This document shows positions 60,957-64,000 of a stretch of DNA of 64,000 nucleotides, in pieces. The translations under genes and the position numbers were made by a program. Under the pieces are notes generated by a model. That model did not search any database. It was not told where the DNA came from and saw only the letters and a program-made list of their open reading frames with translations. How positions within the stretch are numbered: the stretch's first letter is position 1; the number at the start of each line of letters is the position of its first letter. Source of the stretch: Candidatus Eiseniibacteriota bacterium (GTDB lineage: Bacteria > Eisenbacteria > RBG-16-71-46 > CAZAMP01); the NCBI GenBank assembly GCA_965224245.1, contig OZ245046.1, positions 1,152,001-1,216,000 of the forward strand, read 5' to 3'.

Positions 60957-63900
60957 ATGGGATCCCAGCGCAGTCGCTTGCGTCGCCCCGTGTGGAGCGG
61001 CGTGCTCGGAGTGTCCATCGCCGCCGCACTCCTTCCCGCATCGGCCGGGGACGAACCCCCGGCCGAGCGTGCCGACTGGGTCGCCGACGGCGAGCAGGAC
61101 GGCTCGCTCTTCGGGTGGGACGTCTCGATCGGCGGTGACGTGAACGGTGACGGCTACGCCGACGCGGCCGTGGGGGCTCCGCTCTTCGACAGCCAGGAGG
61201 TCGACGGCGTACCGGACGTCGGGGCCGTCTACGTGTACCACGGATCGTCCGCCGGCCTCGGCCTGAACCCCGCACGCCGCCTCGACGGCTACGCCTTCGA
61301 CCCGGAGGCGCTCGGCCGCGCCGTCGCCCTCGGCGACGTGAACGGCGACGGCTACGCGGACCTCGTCGCGGGCCGGCCGTACGCGTCGGTCAAGGGGTTC
61401 GAGGAGGGTGCGGTCTCGATCTATCGCGGGTCTCCCGAGGGGGTCGACGGCTTCCCGAGCACCGATCTGTACAGCTTCTCGACCGGGGCCTGGTTCGGAG
61501 AGTCGGTGGCCACGCTCGACGCCAACGGGGATCGAATCGCCGACGTGCTCGTCGGGTCGCCGCTCCATACGAGTCGCATCGAGGGCGCCGGCGCAGCCTA
61601 CCTGTACCTCGGGTCCACCGATGGCGTCTCCGCCAACGAGTTCTGGTCGTACTTCGGGGCCGAGACCGGCGCCCAGCTCGGGTTCGACGTGAACGGTGCG
61701 GGCGACGTCAACGGCGACGGCGTTGACGACATCCTCGTGGGTGCGTACCTCGCCGGCGTCGACGATCGCGGACTGGCGATGCTGTTCCTGGGGAGCCGGA
61801 GCGGGATCGCGACCGAGCCCGACTGGGTCTTCGCCGGGGGACAGCCCGGGGAGGAGCTCGGCGTGTCGGTCTCGTCGGCCGGTGACGTCGACGCCGACGG
61901 CTACGACGACGTCGTCATCGGTGCCTGGAACTTCGACGGACGCGTGGGGCAGGACTGCGGCCGTGTGCTGTGGTTTCGCGGAGGGCCCGACGGCCTGGAG
62001 CCGGCGGGGACCACGCTGGCCGAAGGGGAGACCGTCGGCGCGGCCTTCGGACGATGCGTGGCCGCGGTCGGTGACGTGAACGGAGACGGCTACGACGACG
62101 TCGCCGTCGGGGCGCCGACGCACACCGGGCCGCTCGGCGCCGCCGCCGGCCGCGTCTACGTGTTCCCCGGCGGTCCCGCGGGCCTGGCGGGCGCGCCGCT
62201 CTGGGTCCTGGACGCGACGGCGCCGACGTCGGTCCTTGGCGCCTCGGTGGCGGGACGTGGCGATGTGAACGGAGACGGCTACCCGGACGTGATCTCCGGC
62301 GCGATCCTGGCCAGCTCCCTGGGCGCACAGACCGGTCGGGCCGAGCTGGTTCACGGGGGGCTTCCCCTCGTCTCCGGCTTCGGCGTGGCTCTCGACATGG
62401 TGACCGAGAGCGCCGACGCGCCGCCGTTCTTCGTCACGATCACGTACACGCTGGCCAACCTCGGCAACGGTCCGCTGACGGCCCTCGATCTCGCGAACGA
62501 CCTGAGCGAGGTCTTCGGCGCCGGACGGTACGAGGTTCTCGGCCCGCCCCGGCTCCTGACCGACTCGCCGATCCTCGTGAACGGCGGCTTCGACGGCGGC
62601 GCGTCGACCTCGATCACGTCGCCGCCGGCGTCGGCGCTGTTCGCGGGCGAGCTGGCCCGGATCGCGGTCGACGTCGAGGTATTCGAGTCCGGACGGTTCA
62701 CCAACCAGGTCGTCGCGACGTGTCAGGACGGGGATGGCGTGCTCCTGAGCGACGCCTCCACTCGCGGCATTCTCCCCGACCCGGACGGGGACGGTGACGC
62801 CGACGAGGCGGAGCCCACGACGATCTCGCTGGGTGCCTCGACCACGTCGCGAACCGTGCCCGACATGCCGCTGGCCAGCTGGCACCTGTGGTCGGTGCCG
62901 CTCGAGGTCGCCGCCAGCGACCCGATGGACCCGCCACGCCTCGAGCCCACGCTCCGCCGCGTGTTCGATCGTCCGTCGGACATCCGCACGTGGCTCGCGT
63001 ACGCCCAGATGGACTCCCTGATCGAGGATCCGATCCTGGCCGCCGGACAGGCCTACTGGGTGAACTCGCGATACCCGGTGACGCCGAGCCGCGTCAGCGG
63101 CATCGAGCGCCCCGCCGCCGAGCTGGAGCTCGTCCCCGGCTGGAACGCGGTGGGATGCCCGTCGGGGGAGGCCGCGGCATTCTCGACGATGCGGCTCCGG
63201 CGCGTGCGCGTGCCGAGCGAGGCCCTGACGCTGGGCCAGGCCCGCGATCTCGGTCTCATCGACGGCTTCTTCCGCCACTACGAGGACGACTCGCCCGATC
63301 TCCTGAACAACGGGGTCTGGCGGTCCGAGTCGGTGAGCTCGGTCACCCCGGGTGCGGCGATCGAGCCCTGGGGCGGGCGTCTCCTCCGTGTCTTCGGTGA
63401 TCCCCTCGTACTGTCGTTCGGCCGGAGCGCCTCCGATACGCTCGATGCACGGCCCGCGGCGCCCGCGTGGTCCCTGACGATCACGGCGCGGTCCGGGGGG
63501 CACCGCTCGTCGGTCGTGCTCTCGGGGGTCGACGGCGCGAGTGCGCGCTGGGACGTCTTCGACGTGGCGGCGCCTCCGAGCTGGTCGGACGCGCTAGGGC
63601 TGAGCGTGGCTCCCACCGACTGGGGCGTTCATGCAGGCCCGTTCGAGCGGTCGGCGGTGGATCCGAGCCTGACCACGCCGGCCAAGTTCCCGCTCGCGCT
63701 GGAGTCGGCGGCCAGAGCGACGCTCTCGCTGGCCGTGGACGGAGTCGACGGCATCGATGCCGTCGATGCCGGGCTCCAGGTTCACCTCCTGCTCGAGAGC
63801 GGCGTCGGCATCGACCTCGGAAGACGACCGGTCGCGTTCGAGGCCGGCACGCACCGCGTCACGATCCGGGTTGCCCGCACGGCCTGGCCGGGGCCGACGG

Positions 63901-64000
63901 CGACGAGCATCCGCGGCGGCGTGACCGCGGTCGCGCCGACGGTGTCGTGGGGGCCGTTCCACGTGCGATACGAGCTGACGTGGCCCACAGACGCCGCGCA
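60957..64000 (+). CDS. Large secreted integrin-alpha-type FG-GAP repeat protein with a DUF11-like domain; truncated at the window end and absent from the ORF track
   Basis: AGGAG SD; MGSQRSRLRRPVWSGVLG signal peptide; FG..V...GDVNGDGY.D..VGAP repeats; ITYTLANLGN; LVPGWNAVG; no in-frame stop seen to 64000. Confidence 0.85.
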   Translation, partial: MGSQRSRLRRPVWSGVLGVSIAAALLPASAGDEPPAERADWVADGEQDGSLFGWDVSIGGDVNGDGYADAAVGAPLFDSQEVDGVPDVGAVYVYHGSSAGLGLNPARRLDGYAFDPEALGRAVALGDVNGDGYADLVAGRPYASVKGFEEGAVSIYRGSPEGVDGFPSTDLYSFSTGAWFGESVATLDANGDRIADVLVGSPLHTSRIEGAGAAYLYLGSTDGVSANEFWSYFGAETGAQLGFDVNGAGDVNGDGVDDILVGAYLAGVDDRGLAMLFLGSRSGIATEPDWVFAGGQPGEELGVSVSSAGDVDADGYDDVVIGAWNFDGRVGQDCGRVLWFRGGPDGLEPAGTTLAEGETVGAAFGRCVAAVGDVNGDGYDDVAVGAPTHTGPLGAAAGRVYVFPGGPAGLAGAPLWVLDATAPTSVLGASVAGRGDVNGDGYPDVISGAILASSLGAQTGRAELVHGGLPLVSGFGVALDMVTESADAPPFFVTITYTLANLGNGPLTALDLANDLSEVFGAGRYEVLGPPRLLTDSPILVNGGFDGGASTSITSPPASALFAGELARIAVDVEVFESGRFTNQVVATCQDGDGVLLSDASTRGILPDPDGDGDADEAEPTTISLGASTTSRTVPDMPLASWHLWSVPLEVAASDPMDPPRLEPTLRRVFDRPSDIRTWLAYAQMDSLIEDPILAAGQAYWVNSRYPVTPSRVSGIERPAAELELVPGWNAVGCPSGEAAAFSTMRLRRVRVPSEALTLGQARDLGLIDGFFRHYEDDSPDLLNNGVWRSESVSSVTPGAAIEPWGGRLLRVFGDPLVLSFGRSASDTLDARPAAPAWSLTITARSGGHRSSVVLSGVDGASARWDVFDVAAPPSWSDALGLSVAPTDWGVHAGPFERSAVDPSLTTPAKFPLALESAARATLSLAVDGVDGIDAVDAGLQVHLLLESGVGIDLGRRPVAFEAGTHRVTIRVARTAWPGPTATSIRGGVTAVAPTVSWGPFHVRYELTWPTDAA

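Overview
Very GC-rich (roughly 70% by eye) chromosomal window from a diderm bacterium. The abundance of secreted proteins with FlgD-like/T9SS-type C-terminal domains, ECF43-type sigma factors, DUF5916 and an MsbA-like flippase suggests an FCB-superphylum lineage such as Eisenbacteria, Krumholzibacteriota, Latescibacterota or Gemmatimonadota (inference). About 49 CDSs, in order: hemerythrin-korAB operon; RecQ; MarR/hmgA; STAS and an ECF43-type sigma; a TolC-MFP-RND efflux operon; an LPS-modification-like locus (PAP2 phosphatase overlapping an LpxQ-like barrel head-to-head, OmpR/sensor kinase pair, O-antigen ligase-GT9 fusion, MsbA-like ABC); secreted CTD-bearing enzymes and propellers; an HlyD-VTC-DUF4956 operon beside lamin-tail and malectin-CotH-kinase proteins; a DUF2089-SHOCT pair with a double-palindrome operator; an RRM gene with a structured leader; TonB-ExbBD; a second ECF43 sigma facing a stand-alone kinase-N-terminus mini-protein; and a truncated FG-GAP protein. 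No rRNA, tRNA, CRISPR array, transposase or integrase was recognised. Best candidates for undescribed biology: the HlyD-VTC-DUF4956-CotH cluster (possible polyphosphate export and extracellular phosphorylation), the kinase-less ECF43 sigma with its mini-protein, and the overlapping PAP2/LpxQ-like pair with an antisense OmpR-type promoter. All family calls come from motif recognition by eye, not database searches.
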